From: Actinomycetota bacterium
GTDB lineage: Bacteria > Actinomycetota > Actinomycetes > Actinomycetales > Dermatophilaceae
DNA length: 64,000 nt
Assembly (NCBI GenBank): GCA_052034115.1
Contig: JBPOIZ010000005.1
Location: forward strand, 12,883-76,882
Direction of reading: 5' to 3'
A model generated the notes under the pieces. That model saw only the letters and a program-made list of their open reading frames with translations, made no database searches and was not told where the DNA came from. Both the position numbers and the translations under genes were made by a program. Below, piece by piece: positions 47,351 through 56,159 of this stretch (within the stretch, counting starts at the first letter, position 1; each line of letters opens with the position of its first letter).

Positions 47351-47810
47351 CGTCTTCTCCGGGGAGTCGCCGTCTGGCCGTGCCGAACGCGCCGAGGCTG
47401 TGGGCCGCTATGGCTGGGGTGATGGTCGCGGCCCCGCCCTGTTGGCCCGGCGGCCCGGACCACCGCTGGCTCGATCGGTCGCGGCGCGTCGGCCGTCTGT
47501 CTGACGCCGGTGACGCCGCTGACGCCGTGCCCGCTGCGGGGCGATCCGAGCCGTGCCCACCGTCGGCGATCGCCGCGTCGTGCAACTCGTCGAGGCGGTC
47601 AACCACGGCGAGCAGGGTGTCTGCGAGCTGCTCGACGAACGTGTCGACGGCCCGTTGGGCGACGGCGGCGCCGGTCACCGGATGCTGGTCGAGGACCATG
47701 CCGGCGGCGTGCTGCACCGCGTCGCGGTCGCGCCGGATCGCAGCCGCCCTCGCGGCTGCCGACCGCTCTGATCCCGCGCCCACGAAGCCACGATAGACGC
47801 GGCCAACCAC
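47337..47810 (-). CDS. Hypothetical protein (weak call): helical N-terminal half, disordered Arg/Ser/Pro-rich C-terminal half
   Basis: 157 aa from GTG 47810. Third-position GC is moderate to high in hand-checked stretches. The opposite-strand ORF 47053..47796 shares its third positions but encodes Arg-rich nonsense. The gene overlaps the downstream gene by 14 nt. Confidence 0.4.
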   Translation of the reverse strand: MVGRVYRGFVGAGSERSAAARAAAIRRDRDAVQHAAGMVLDQHPVTGAAVAQRAVDTFVEQLADTLLAVVDRLDELHDAAIADGGHGSDRPAAGTASAASPASDRRPTRRDRSSQRWSGPPGQQGGAATITPAIAAHSLGAFGTARRRLPGEDDAPR

Positions 47811-47953
47811 CTCGAACGGGGTTATCCACAGCCCCGCGCCAAACCGCGGGTCGAACGTCCCCCGTCCCCCGGTATGCGTTCCCGGGGCAGGCGATATCGT
47901 CGGGTGAGCGTACGACGAGGTACGCGGTGACGTGAGACGAGGGTGGGCGACAC

Positions 47954-50900
47954 ATGTCGACTGTCGTGGAGAAGTCCCGGGCCAACCATCTGCAGGAGGC
48001 CGTGGGTTTCGCCGATCGGGGAAAGGGCACGCGCCTTGGCGCGCTGCTGCACCGCTATTACCGGCATGTGGCCTCTGAGGACCTGCTGGCGCGAGGTGCC
48101 GAGGACCTGTACGGGGCGCTGGTCTCGCACAAGGAGCTCGCCGAGGTGCGGCCGCTCGGGACGGCCAATGTGGCCGTGCTCAACCCGTCGGTCTCGGCCG
48201 AGGGGTGGCGCACCGAGCACACGGTGGTCCAGATCGTCACCGACGACATGCCGTTCCTCGTCGACTCGGTGACGGCCGCCGTGACCGGGCAGGGCATGGG
48301 GGTTCATCTGCTGGTTCACCCGCTCGTCGTCGTCGAGCGGGACGCGACCGGGCGGCTCGTCGACCTGCCGGACCGCGACGAGGTGGCGCCCGGGGATCAC
48401 GAGCACGTTCGCGAGTCCTGGATCTACCTCGAGGTCGATCGGATCGGCAAGGCCGGGGACCGCGAGGCTCTGGCCGATGCGCTGCGCTCGGTGCTCGAGG
48501 ATGTGCGGGCCTCTGTCGAGGACTGGCCGAAAATGCGTGAGCAGTGTGTTCGGATGGCCGCCGACCTGCGCGCGAACCCGCCCGTGGGCATCCCGGCTGA
48601 TGAGTCCGACGGGGTGGCCGACTTCCTCGAGTGGATGGCCGACAACCATTTCACCTTCCTCGGGCATCGCCAGTACGCCCTCGTCGACGAGGGTGAGGGC
48701 CGAGGGGACGCCTTGCATCCGGTGCAGGGCACCGGGCTCGGTCTGCTGCGCTACGACCAGCAGCGCAGCGGGTCGTTCTCCCGGATGACGCCCGAGGCCC
48801 AGGCCAAGGCGCGCGAGAAGTCACTGCTCATCCTCACCAAGGCCAACACCAAAGCGACCGTCCACCGGCCGGTCTACCTCGACTACGTCGGCGTCAAGAC
48901 CTTCGACGACCGCGGCGAGGTGACCGGCGAGCTGCGCTTCCTGGGGCTCTATGCCCTCAGCGCGTTCCACGCCTCGGTACTCGACATACCCATCATCGGC
49001 GAGCGCGCCCGCCAGGTGCTCGCTCGCGCCGGGTTCACCGCCGAGAGCCACTCGGGCAAGGACATCATCCAGGTCCTGGAGACCTACCCGCGTGAGGAGC
49101 TCTTCCAGACCGATGTCGAGCAGCTGCTCACGGTGACGACGTCCATCACGCAGGTCCACGAGCGGCGCCGGACCCGGCTGTTCCTCCGCAAGGACGACTA
49201 CGGCCGGTTCATGTCCTGCCTGGTCTACATCCCGAGGGATCGCTACAACACCACAGTCCGGCTGCGCATCGAGAAGATCCTCAAGGACGCCTTCCACGGC
49301 GTCAGCGTGGAGGACACCACCCGGGTCTCCGAACTATCGCTGGCCCGACTCCACTATGTCGTGCGCGTTGCCGCAGGGGAGCGGGTGCCCGACGTCGACC
49401 CGGCCGGCCTCGAACAGGACATCGTCAACGCCACCCGCACGTGGGACGAGGACCTCGTCGACGCGATGCACGCAGAGTTGGGCGAAGAGGGTTCGGCGCG
49501 CCTCGCGGCTCGGTATGCCGCTGCCTTCCCGGAGGCCTACAAGGAGGACTTCTCACCGCGGGCCGCGGTCTTCGACCTCAAGACCGTCGACGATCTGGGC
49601 CCGGACGACAGCGCCTTCAACCTCTACCAGACCCACGGCAGCGCGCCCGAGGAGCGCCGGTTCAAGCTCTACCGCAGCGGTGAGCTGCTCTTGACCCGAG
49701 TCCTTCCGGTCTTCACCGACCTGGGCGTCGAGGTCGTCGACGAGCGCCCGTATGTCGTCACCGCCGCCGACGGGCGCTCCATCCAGATCTACGACTTCGG
49801 GCTGCGCGCCGCCTCGGCCGAGGTCTGGGGAGGGATCGAGCGACGCGACGACGTCCGCACCCTGTTCCAGGATGCGGTGCACGCCGTGTGGTCCGAGCAG
49901 GTCGAGTCGGACGGCTTCAACGCCCTGGTGCTCGCCGCCGGCCTGACCCACCGCGAGGTGGTCATCCTGCGTGCGGCCTCGAAGTACCTGCGACAGACCG
50001 GCTCGACCTTCTCGCCGGAGTATGTCCAGTCCGCGCTGGTCACCCACGCCGGCATCGCCCGCTCGCTGGTCGAGCTCTTCCTCACCCGGTTCGACCCGGA
50101 CCGGTATGACGGTGCCGCGGGGGCCGACAGCGCGGCGGGCCAGGCCCGGGCCGCGGCAGAGGAGCAGGTCGTCGGCGACATCCTCACCGCGCTCGACGCG
50201 GTGACCAGCCTCGACCACGACCGGATCATCCGGGCCATTCTCGGGGTGATCCAGGCCGGGCTGCGGACGAACTACTTCCAGGTCGGCGCCGACGGTGCTC
50301 CCAAGCCGTCGGTGAGCATCAAACTGGACCCGACGAAGGTCCCCGATCTGCCCGCACCGCGACCGAAGTTCGAGATATGGGTCTACAGCCCGCGCGTCGA
50401 GGGTGTCCACCTGCGCTTCGGCAAGGTGGCCCGAGGCGGGTTGCGCTGGTCCGACCGCCGTGAGGACTTCCGCACCGAGATCCTCGGCCTGGTCAAGGCG
50501 CAGATGGTCAAGAACGCGGTCATCGTCCCCACCGGCAGTAAGGGTGGCTTCTTCCCGAAGGCGCTGCCCGATCCGGCCGTGGACCGCGATGCCTGGCTCG
50601 CCGAGGGCGTGGCGTCATACCAGGTCTTCATCTCGGCGCTGCTCGACCTGACCGACAACCGGGTCTCCGGCGAGATCGTGGCGCCCCCGCGGGTCGTGCG
50701 TCACGACGAGGAGGACCCCTACCTCGTCGTCGCGGCCGACAAGGGCACCGCGACGTTCTCCGACATCGCCAACCGCAAGGCGCAGGACTACGGGTTCTGG
50801 CTCGACGACGCCTTCGCCTCGGGAGGGTCGGCCGGCTACGACCACAAGGCCATGGGGATCACCGCCAAAGGTGCCTGGGAGTCGGTCAAGCGGCACTTCC

Positions 50901-52852
50901 GCGAGATGGGCCACGACACCCAGTCGCAGGACTTCACCTGCGTCGGCGTCGGCGACATGAGCGGCGATGTGTTCGGCAACGGGATGCTGCTGTCCGAGCA
51001 CATCCGGCTGGTCGCCGCCTTCGACCACCGGCACGTGTTCGTCGACCCGACCCCCGATGCGGCCACCTCGTTCCGCGAGCGGCGCCGGCTGTTCGACCTG
51101 CCGCGCTCTTCGTGGGGCGACTACGACCAGTCGCTGATCAGCGCCGGTGGTGGTGTCTTCCCCCGCTCGGCCAAGTCGATCGCCGTCACCGAGCAGATGG
51201 CGCGGGCACTGGACCTGGACGCGTCGGTGTCCCGGATGACCCCGGCGGAGCTCATCCACGCGATCCTGCTCGCCCCGGTGGACCTGTTGTGGAACGGCGG
51301 CATCGGCACCTACGTCAAGGCCTCGACCGAGTCCCACACCGACATCGGCGATCGCGCCAACGATGCCATCCGGGTCAACGGCGACCAGTTGCGCGTCAAG
51401 GTGGTCGGCGAAGGCGGCAACCTCGGCTGCAGCCAGCTCGGTCGCATCGAGGCGGCCCTGGCCGGGGTGCGCATCAACACCGACGCCATCGACAACTCGG
51501 CCGGCGTGGACACCTCCGACCACGAGGTCAACATCAAGATCCTGCTCAGCGAGATGGTGCGCGAGGGGGACCTGACCCTCAAACAGCGCAACACCGTGCT
51601 GGCCTCGATGACGGACGAGGTGGCCCACCAGGTGCTCCGGGACAACTACGAGCAGAATGTCCTGCTCGGCAATGCCCGGGCCCAGCAGTACGAGATGGTC
51701 CCGGTGCACACCCGCCTGCTGCAGTACCTCGAGGAGAACGGTGACCTCGACCGGGGTCTGGAGTTCCTGCCCACGACGGCGGATCTGGCCAAGCGACACG
51801 CCGCCGGGCGCGGGTTGACCTCGCCGGAGTTCTCCGTCCTGGTCGCCTACAGCAAGCTCGCGCTCAAGGCCGGCATCCTGGCCAGCGACCTGCCGGACGA
51901 CGCGTGGTTCCACCAGACCCTCGTCGACTACTTCCCGGCACCCATCCGGGAGCAGTACGCCGAGCATCTGGCCGGGCATCCGCTCAAGCGGGAGATCGTC
52001 ACCAACGCGGTCGCCAACTCCATGGTCAACCGGGGCGGCATCACCTTCGCCTTCCGGGCGATGGAGGAGACCGGGGCGCGGATGGATCAGGTGGCGCGGG
52101 CGTTCGTCGTCAGCCGTGAGGTCTTCGGCCTGACCGACTACGTCCAGGCCGTCGAGGCGCTCGACAACGTGATCTCCACGGCGACGCAGACCGAGCTCTA
52201 CCTGGAGTTCCGCCGCCTGCTCGACCGTGCCACCCGATGGTTCCTCGTCGCCCGACCGACCCAGCTCGAGGTGGCCCGTGAGGTGGACCGCTTCGCCGCC
52301 ACCGTCCAGGAGCTCGGCGCGTCGATGCCGCAGATCCTCCAGGGGGCCGAACGGCGTCGGATGGAGGCGCGCGCGGTCGCCCTGCACAAGGCCGGCGTCC
52401 CGAAAGAGATGGCGCACCGCTCGGCCGCGCTCCTGGATCAGTTCTCGTTGCTCGACATCGTCGAGCTCTCGCTGGAGACGGGCACCGATCCACGCCAGGT
52501 TGCCGACGTCTACTTCACCACCTCCGAGCACTTCGGCATCGATGAGATGCTGACCCGGGTCACCGCTCTGCCGCGTGAGGACCCCTGGGACTCACTGGCC
52601 CGCGGTGCCATGCGCGATGACCTGTATGCCGTGTTGGAGCAGCTGACCCACTCGGTCCTCGACGCCAGCGCGGCCGGTGCCAAGCCGACTGCGCGATTCG
52701 CTACCTGGCTGAAGGCCAACGCCGACTCGGTGGGGCGGGCGACGACCGCGCTGGACGCCGTGCGCAGCCTCGACACGCCGGGGATCGCCGCGCTGTCGGT
52801 CGCCCTGCGCACGCTGCGCGGGGTCGTCCGGGGCGGGGCGGTCACCGGCTGA
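47954..52852 (+). CDS. gdh: Large NAD-specific glutamate dehydrogenase (~180 kDa class)
   Basis: 1632 aa. The size and sequence match the large NAD-GDH family known from Streptomyces/Mycobacterium (Mtb Rv2476c), including RGGLRWSDRREDFRTEILGLVKAQMVKNAVIVPTGSKGGF and GDMSGDVFGNGML. Confidence 0.95.
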   Translation: MSTVVEKSRANHLQEAVGFADRGKGTRLGALLHRYYRHVASEDLLARGAEDLYGALVSHKELAEVRPLGTANVAVLNPSVSAEGWRTEHTVVQIVTDDMPFLVDSVTAAVTGQGMGVHLLVHPLVVVERDATGRLVDLPDRDEVAPGDHEHVRESWIYLEVDRIGKAGDREALADALRSVLEDVRASVEDWPKMREQCVRMAADLRANPPVGIPADESDGVADFLEWMADNHFTFLGHRQYALVDEGEGRGDALHPVQGTGLGLLRYDQQRSGSFSRMTPEAQAKAREKSLLILTKANTKATVHRPVYLDYVGVKTFDDRGEVTGELRFLGLYALSAFHASVLDIPIIGERARQVLARAGFTAESHSGKDIIQVLETYPREELFQTDVEQLLTVTTSITQVHERRRTRLFLRKDDYGRFMSCLVYIPRDRYNTTVRLRIEKILKDAFHGVSVEDTTRVSELSLARLHYVVRVAAGERVPDVDPAGLEQDIVNATRTWDEDLVDAMHAELGEEGSARLAARYAAAFPEAYKEDFSPRAAVFDLKTVDDLGPDDSAFNLYQTHGSAPEERRFKLYRSGELLLTRVLPVFTDLGVEVVDERPYVVTAADGRSIQIYDFGLRAASAEVWGGIERRDDVRTLFQDAVHAVWSEQVESDGFNALVLAAGLTHREVVILRAASKYLRQTGSTFSPEYVQSALVTHAGIARSLVELFLTRFDPDRYDGAAGADSAAGQARAAAEEQVVGDILTALDAVTSLDHDRIIRAILGVIQAGLRTNYFQVGADGAPKPSVSIKLDPTKVPDLPAPRPKFEIWVYSPRVEGVHLRFGKVARGGLRWSDRREDFRTEILGLVKAQMVKNAVIVPTGSKGGFFPKALPDPAVDRDAWLAEGVASYQVFISALLDLTDNRVSGEIVAPPRVVRHDEEDPYLVVAADKGTATFSDIANRKAQDYGFWLDDAFASGGSAGYDHKAMGITAKGAWESVKRHFREMGHDTQSQDFTCVGVGDMSGDVFGNGMLLSEHIRLVAAFDHRHVFVDPTPDAATSFRERRRLFDLPRSSWGDYDQSLISAGGGVFPRSAKSIAVTEQMARALDLDASVSRMTPAELIHAILLAPVDLLWNGGIGTYVKASTESHTDIGDRANDAIRVNGDQLRVKVVGEGGNLGCSQLGRIEAALAGVRINTDAIDNSAGVDTSDHEVNIKILLSEMVREGDLTLKQRNTVLASMTDEVAHQVLRDNYEQNVLLGNARAQQYEMVPVHTRLLQYLEENGDLDRGLEFLPTTADLAKRHAAGRGLTSPEFSVLVAYSKLALKAGILASDLPDDAWFHQTLVDYFPAPIREQYAEHLAGHPLKREIVTNAVANSMVNRGGITFAFRAMEETGARMDQVARAFVVSREVFGLTDYVQAVEALDNVISTATQTELYLEFRRLLDRATRWFLVARPTQLEVAREVDRFAATVQELGASMPQILQGAERRRMEARAVALHKAGVPKEMAHRSAALLDQFSLLDIVELSLETGTDPRQVADVYFTTSEHFGIDEMLTRVTALPREDPWDSLARGAMRDDLYAVLEQLTHSVLDASAAGAKPTARFATWLKANADSVGRATTALDAVRSLDTPGIAALSVALRTLRGVVRGGAVTG

Positions 52853-52886
52853 GCTGTGCGGCGTCGCGCGGGTTAGTCTGCTCAGC

Positions 52887-54365
52887 GTGCCCACGCTGAC
52901 CGAGGTGCTCCGCGTCGCGACCTCGTTGCGCCCGGAAGCCATCGAGTGGCTCCACCTGCTCGTCGGCGACTGGCAGCTCGTCGCCGACCTATCGTTCGCC
53001 GACCTGGTGCTGTGGATCCGGGCGGATGACGGCAGCTGGCTGGCCGCCGCGCACGTGCGCCCGACGACCGGGCCGATGTTCTTCGTCGACGACCAGGTCG
53101 GACAGGTCGCCGCGGTCGACCGCTCACACCTGCTGGAGCAGACCTCGGCCGGTCAGCGCATCGTGCGGACGACGCACGCGGGGCGCGGTGATCAGATCGT
53201 CCGCGAGGATGCCATCCCGGTCGCCCCCCGGGGCACCGTGCTCGCGGTGCTGACCCGGCATACCAACCTGGCGACGATCCGCACCCCGAGCAGGCTGGAA
53301 CTGTCGTATCTGTCCTCGGCGGACATCCTCGTGCGGATGATCCAACGCGGCGACTACCCGTTCGCCTCGGCACCCACGGGGCTGCGTCGAGGAGCCCCGC
53401 GCGTCGGTGACGGCATGATGCGCCTCGATGTCGAGGGTGTCATCCTCTACGCCAGCCCGAACGCGGTGTCGGTCATCCACCGGCTCGGGTATGCCGGCGG
53501 CATCGTCGGGGCGTCCCTGGCCGCCGTCGTGACCGGCGTGCTGCAGGAACGGTCCCCGATCGACGAGGGTCTGCCACTGGTCCTCACCGGGCGGCAGCCG
53601 TGGCGCACCGAAGTGTCCTCGCGCGGCGCCGAGATCTCACTGCGCGCCATCCCGTTGTCCGAGTCGGGGGAGCGGGTAGGGGCCATCGTCCTGGTCCGTG
53701 ACGTTTCGGAGCTGCGCCGACGGGAGCAGCAACTCCTGACCCGTGAGGCGACGATCCGGGAGATTCACCACCGGGTGAAGAACAACCTCCAGTCGGTGGC
53801 CGCGCTGCTGCGGATGCAGGCACGGCGCATGCCCAGCGCGGACGCTCGTGGAGCGTTGGAGGAGGCCGTCCGGCGGGTCGGGACCATCGCCGTTGTCCAC
53901 GACATGCTCTCGACGTCGGTGGACGAGACGGTCCAGCTCGACGGAGTGATCGATGTGGCAGTGGCCGCGGTGCTCGACGTGGCAGCCGGCGAGGCCGCGG
54001 TCCGCTGGAGCCGCTCGGGTTCCTTCGGCCGGGTCCGCGCCGAGGACGCGACGAACCTGGCGATGATCGTCAGCGAGCTGGTCCAGAACGCCGTCGAGCA
54101 CGGGATGCAGGGTCGCGGCGGGGCGGTGCACCTGGGGGTCGAGCGCACCAAGGAGGGCTCCGACGAGGTCGTCCAGCTGATCGTCAGCGACGACGGGGTG
54201 AGCTGGCCGGAGGGACTGGACGAGCCGTCGTCCGGCCTGGGCATGCAGATCGTCCGCTCGCTCGTCGGCGATCTTCAAGGGTCCATCACGTGGGAACGTG
54301 GGGTCCCGTCGGGGACCACCGTGCGGTGCCTGGCCACCCTGCGCTCGCTGCCCAGTGGCGCCTAG
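52887..54365 (+). CDS. pdtaS: PdtaS-type cytoplasmic sensor histidine kinase (GAF/PAS + HisKA_2 + HATPase)
   Basis: 492 aa from GTG 52887. The N-terminus is WLHLLVGDWQLVADLSFADLVLW. The H-box is IREIHHRVKNNLQSVAALL and the ATPase motifs are ELVQNAVEHG and GLGMQIV. It is convergent with whiB1, as in Mtb Rv3220c/Rv3219. Confidence 0.88.
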   Translation: MPTLTEVLRVATSLRPEAIEWLHLLVGDWQLVADLSFADLVLWIRADDGSWLAAAHVRPTTGPMFFVDDQVGQVAAVDRSHLLEQTSAGQRIVRTTHAGRGDQIVREDAIPVAPRGTVLAVLTRHTNLATIRTPSRLELSYLSSADILVRMIQRGDYPFASAPTGLRRGAPRVGDGMMRLDVEGVILYASPNAVSVIHRLGYAGGIVGASLAAVVTGVLQERSPIDEGLPLVLTGRQPWRTEVSSRGAEISLRAIPLSESGERVGAIVLVRDVSELRRREQQLLTREATIREIHHRVKNNLQSVAALLRMQARRMPSADARGALEEAVRRVGTIAVVHDMLSTSVDETVQLDGVIDVAVAAVLDVAAGEAAVRWSRSGSFGRVRAEDATNLAMIVSELVQNAVEHGMQGRGGAVHLGVERTKEGSDEVVQLIVSDDGVSWPEGLDEPSSGLGMQIVRSLVGDLQGSITWERGVPSGTTVRCLATLRSLPSGA

Positions 54366-54416
54366 CCGACCCCTCGGCGGGGTTGCGTCAGCCGACCCCT
54401 CGGCGGGGTCGCGTCA
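54365..54416. repeat. 26-nt tandem duplication (1 mismatch) forming twin hairpins; likely bidirectional terminator between pdtaS and whiB1
   Basis: Unit 1 is GCCGACCCCTCGGCGGGGTTGCGTCA (54365-54390). Unit 2 is GCCGACCCCTCGGCGGGGTCGCGTCA (54391-54416), followed by a partial GCCG. Each unit folds as CGACCCC / GGGGT(C/T)G with a 5-nt loop. Unit 2 ends in the whiB1 stop codon. Confidence 0.55.
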
Positions 54417-54662
54417 GCCGGCGCGGCGGGCCCGGGCGTTGCGCCGCTTGAGCGTGCGCCGTTCGTCCTCGGAGAGGCCACCCCAGACACCGGCGTCCTG
54501 ACCGGTCTCGATCGCCCACTTCAGGCAGGTGTCGATGACCGGGCAGGCGCGGCATACCGCCTTGGCCTCGTCGATCTGGGCGAGCGCCGGGCCGGTGTTC
54601 CCGATCGGGAAGAAGAGCTCCGGGTCTACGTCCAGGCACGCTGCACGATCGCGCCAGTCCAT
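54414..54662 (-). CDS. whiB1: WhiB-family Fe-S transcription factor, WhiB1/WblE type
   Basis: 82 aa. MDWRDRAACLDVDPELFFPIGNTGPALAQIDEAKAVCRACPVIDTCLKWAIETGQDAGVWGGLSEDERRTLKRRN is closely similar in pattern to Mtb WhiB1. Confidence 0.95.
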   Translation of the reverse strand: MDWRDRAACLDVDPELFFPIGNTGPALAQIDEAKAVCRACPVIDTCLKWAIETGQDAGVWGGLSEDERRTLKRRNARARRAG

Positions 54663-54939
54663 GTGATCCAGCTCCTCGGTTGCATAACTCGTCGTCGGTG
54701 ACCGGCATCGTCCCCTGCCGGCTGACCGCGTTCGCTCAGGTGTGGTCCGTGGGAGAACGCCCGGGACAACCCGGATGTTCCGCCGACGACCAAGTGTGAT
54801 GGCTCACCAGGTCGCACGCAACACTCGTGGCACAGATGCCACTGGAATCACAGTCCCTGGGGGCCACCCCGTTGGCGGCTCCGACCCCGGGACGAACGTG
54901 GTGCGTGAGGAAGTATAGCCCGACCCGGCCCTCGGTAGG

Positions 54940-55305
54940 GTGGGCTTCGTGAACCGCGTCGGAGCTGTCGCTGCCGGCCTGCAGGCACTCGTCCTGCTGG
55001 TCTTCGGCGGCTACTTCGTCCTGGGGACCCTCACCGGTCAGTCCTCGGACGCCGTCCGGGGGATGTCGGGGGGCCTGCTCATCCTGGTGACGGGCATCGG
55101 GCTCGGCGTGCTCGCCGCGGCGCTGTGGCGAGCGGATCGCCGCGGGCGGACCCCGGCGCTGGTGTGGGGAGCCCTCCTGGTCCCGGTGGCCATCACCATG
55201 GCGCAAAGCGAACAGCCACGCCTGGCTGTCGGGGTGGTCGCGACCCTGGTGCCGTTGGTGCTCGGCGCGCTGGCGATGTCGTCCGATCCGGCAGACGTCG
55301 GCTGA
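54940..55305 (+). CDS. Small integral membrane protein (four predicted TM helices), unknown function
   Basis: 121 aa with hydrophobic segments throughout. The start is GTG 54940 or GTG 54949. The latter sits 7 nt after a -10-like TAGGGT at 54936-54941, so the mRNA could be leaderless. Confidence 0.6.
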   Translation: MGFVNRVGAVAAGLQALVLLVFGGYFVLGTLTGQSSDAVRGMSGGLLILVTGIGLGVLAAALWRADRRGRTPALVWGALLVPVAITMAQSEQPRLAVGVVATLVPLVLGALAMSSDPADVG

Positions 55306-55351
55306 GTGCATCGCCGCGGTCAGCGCTGGGCTGCGCTCGCCGCTGGGCGGC

Positions 55352-55972
55352 TCAGCCGCGCAGCCAGGCCTCCCAGCCGTGGTGCAGGACCAGCCAGGCA
55401 ATGAGCCCATACCCGACTTGGCCTGGGTGAACGCCATCGTCGCGAAGGTCGGGGGCCCATTGCTCGTGCCCGCGCATGGCACGGAAGCAGTCGACATACG
55501 GGATGCCGCGTCGCCCGCACACGTCCGCCTGCGCCTCGGACAGGACAGCCAGGTGGTCGTTGGTGGGCTCATCGAGCACCGGGGTGACCCCGACGACCAG
55601 CGGCGCGATCCCGGCGGCCACCGCGTCATCGAGCACGTTGGCCAGATGGAGTTTGGTTCGGGCCAGTGACGTCCCGAAATGCAGGTCGGCCCCACCGGCT
55701 TGGATGACGAGCCGTCGGTCCGCGCCGGTGCGCCAACGGATGGCGGTCTCCGCACGCCATCGGCCGGCGACGTCACCGGTGCCCTGTCCCCGGACACCGA
55801 GGTTGTATGCCGTGACCTGCATCTCGTCGCTCTGGCTGCGCGCGACCACTCGCCCCACCCAGCCGAGCGCCTTCGGATCGCCGATACCCGCCACCAGGGA
55901 CGCACCGACGAAGCAGACCACCACTTCGCGTCGTGCGACCGGGTCGCGGGGCAAAAGCACCTGGTCGGTCAT
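55352..55972 (-). CDS. SGNH/GDSL-family hydrolase
   Basis: 206 aa. Block I reads VCFVGASLVAG (GDS with Asp replaced by Ala and the Ser kept). Block V reads DDGVHPG. Confidence 0.72.
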   Translation of the reverse strand: MTDQVLLPRDPVARREVVVCFVGASLVAGIGDPKALGWVGRVVARSQSDEMQVTAYNLGVRGQGTGDVAGRWRAETAIRWRTGADRRLVIQAGGADLHFGTSLARTKLHLANVLDDAVAAGIAPLVVGVTPVLDEPTNDHLAVLSEAQADVCGRRGIPYVDCFRAMRGHEQWAPDLRDDGVHPGQVGYGLIAWLVLHHGWEAWLRG

Positions 55973-55976
55973 CGGC

Positions 55977-56153
55977 TCACTCGTCCTCGTCGTCGAGGCG
56001 GGCGAGCCAGGTCGCCAGCCGCTCGATAGGTATCTCGTGCTCAGGGTGGAGGTCGACGAAGACGCGCAACTGGTCGGCGATCCAGGCCAGGCTCACCTGG
56101 TCCTCGCCGCGTCGCTCGGCCAGCTCCTCGATGCCCCGGTCGGTGAAGTACAT
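55977..56153 (-). CDS. Small acidic conserved protein (58 aa) between kgd and the SGNH hydrolase; recalled as DUF6104-like
   Basis: This ORF is not in the supplied track because it is under 60 aa. My hand translation is MYFTDRGIEELAERRGEDQVSLAWIADQLRVFVDLHPEHEIPIERLATWLARLDDEDE. Third-position GC is high. It starts 6 nt after the kgd stop and ends 4 nt before the SGNH start. Confidence 0.7.
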   Translation of the reverse strand: MYFTDRGIEELAERRGEDQVSLAWIADQLRVFVDLHPEHEIPIERLATWLARLDDEDE

Positions 56154-56159
56154 GTCCGG

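Noticed and set aside
47053-47796. Plus-strand 247-aa ORF covering the region of the two small minus-strand genes.
   Set aside because: It shares third-codon positions with the minus-strand ORF 47337..47810, so it is a mirror-frame shadow. Its translation is an Arg/Pro/Ala-rich string without helical periodicity or motifs.
54827-54852. CRP-binding site upstream of whiB1 (Mtb whiB1 is CRP-regulated). On the minus strand the sequence reads TGTGA-TTCCAG-TGGCA (54852-54837). It overlaps a GTGGCA-N4-TGCCAC palindrome (54827-54842).
   Set aside because: Only 8 of 10 consensus positions match, and the second half-site lacks the critical CAC. This is plausible but too weak to call without conservation or binding data.
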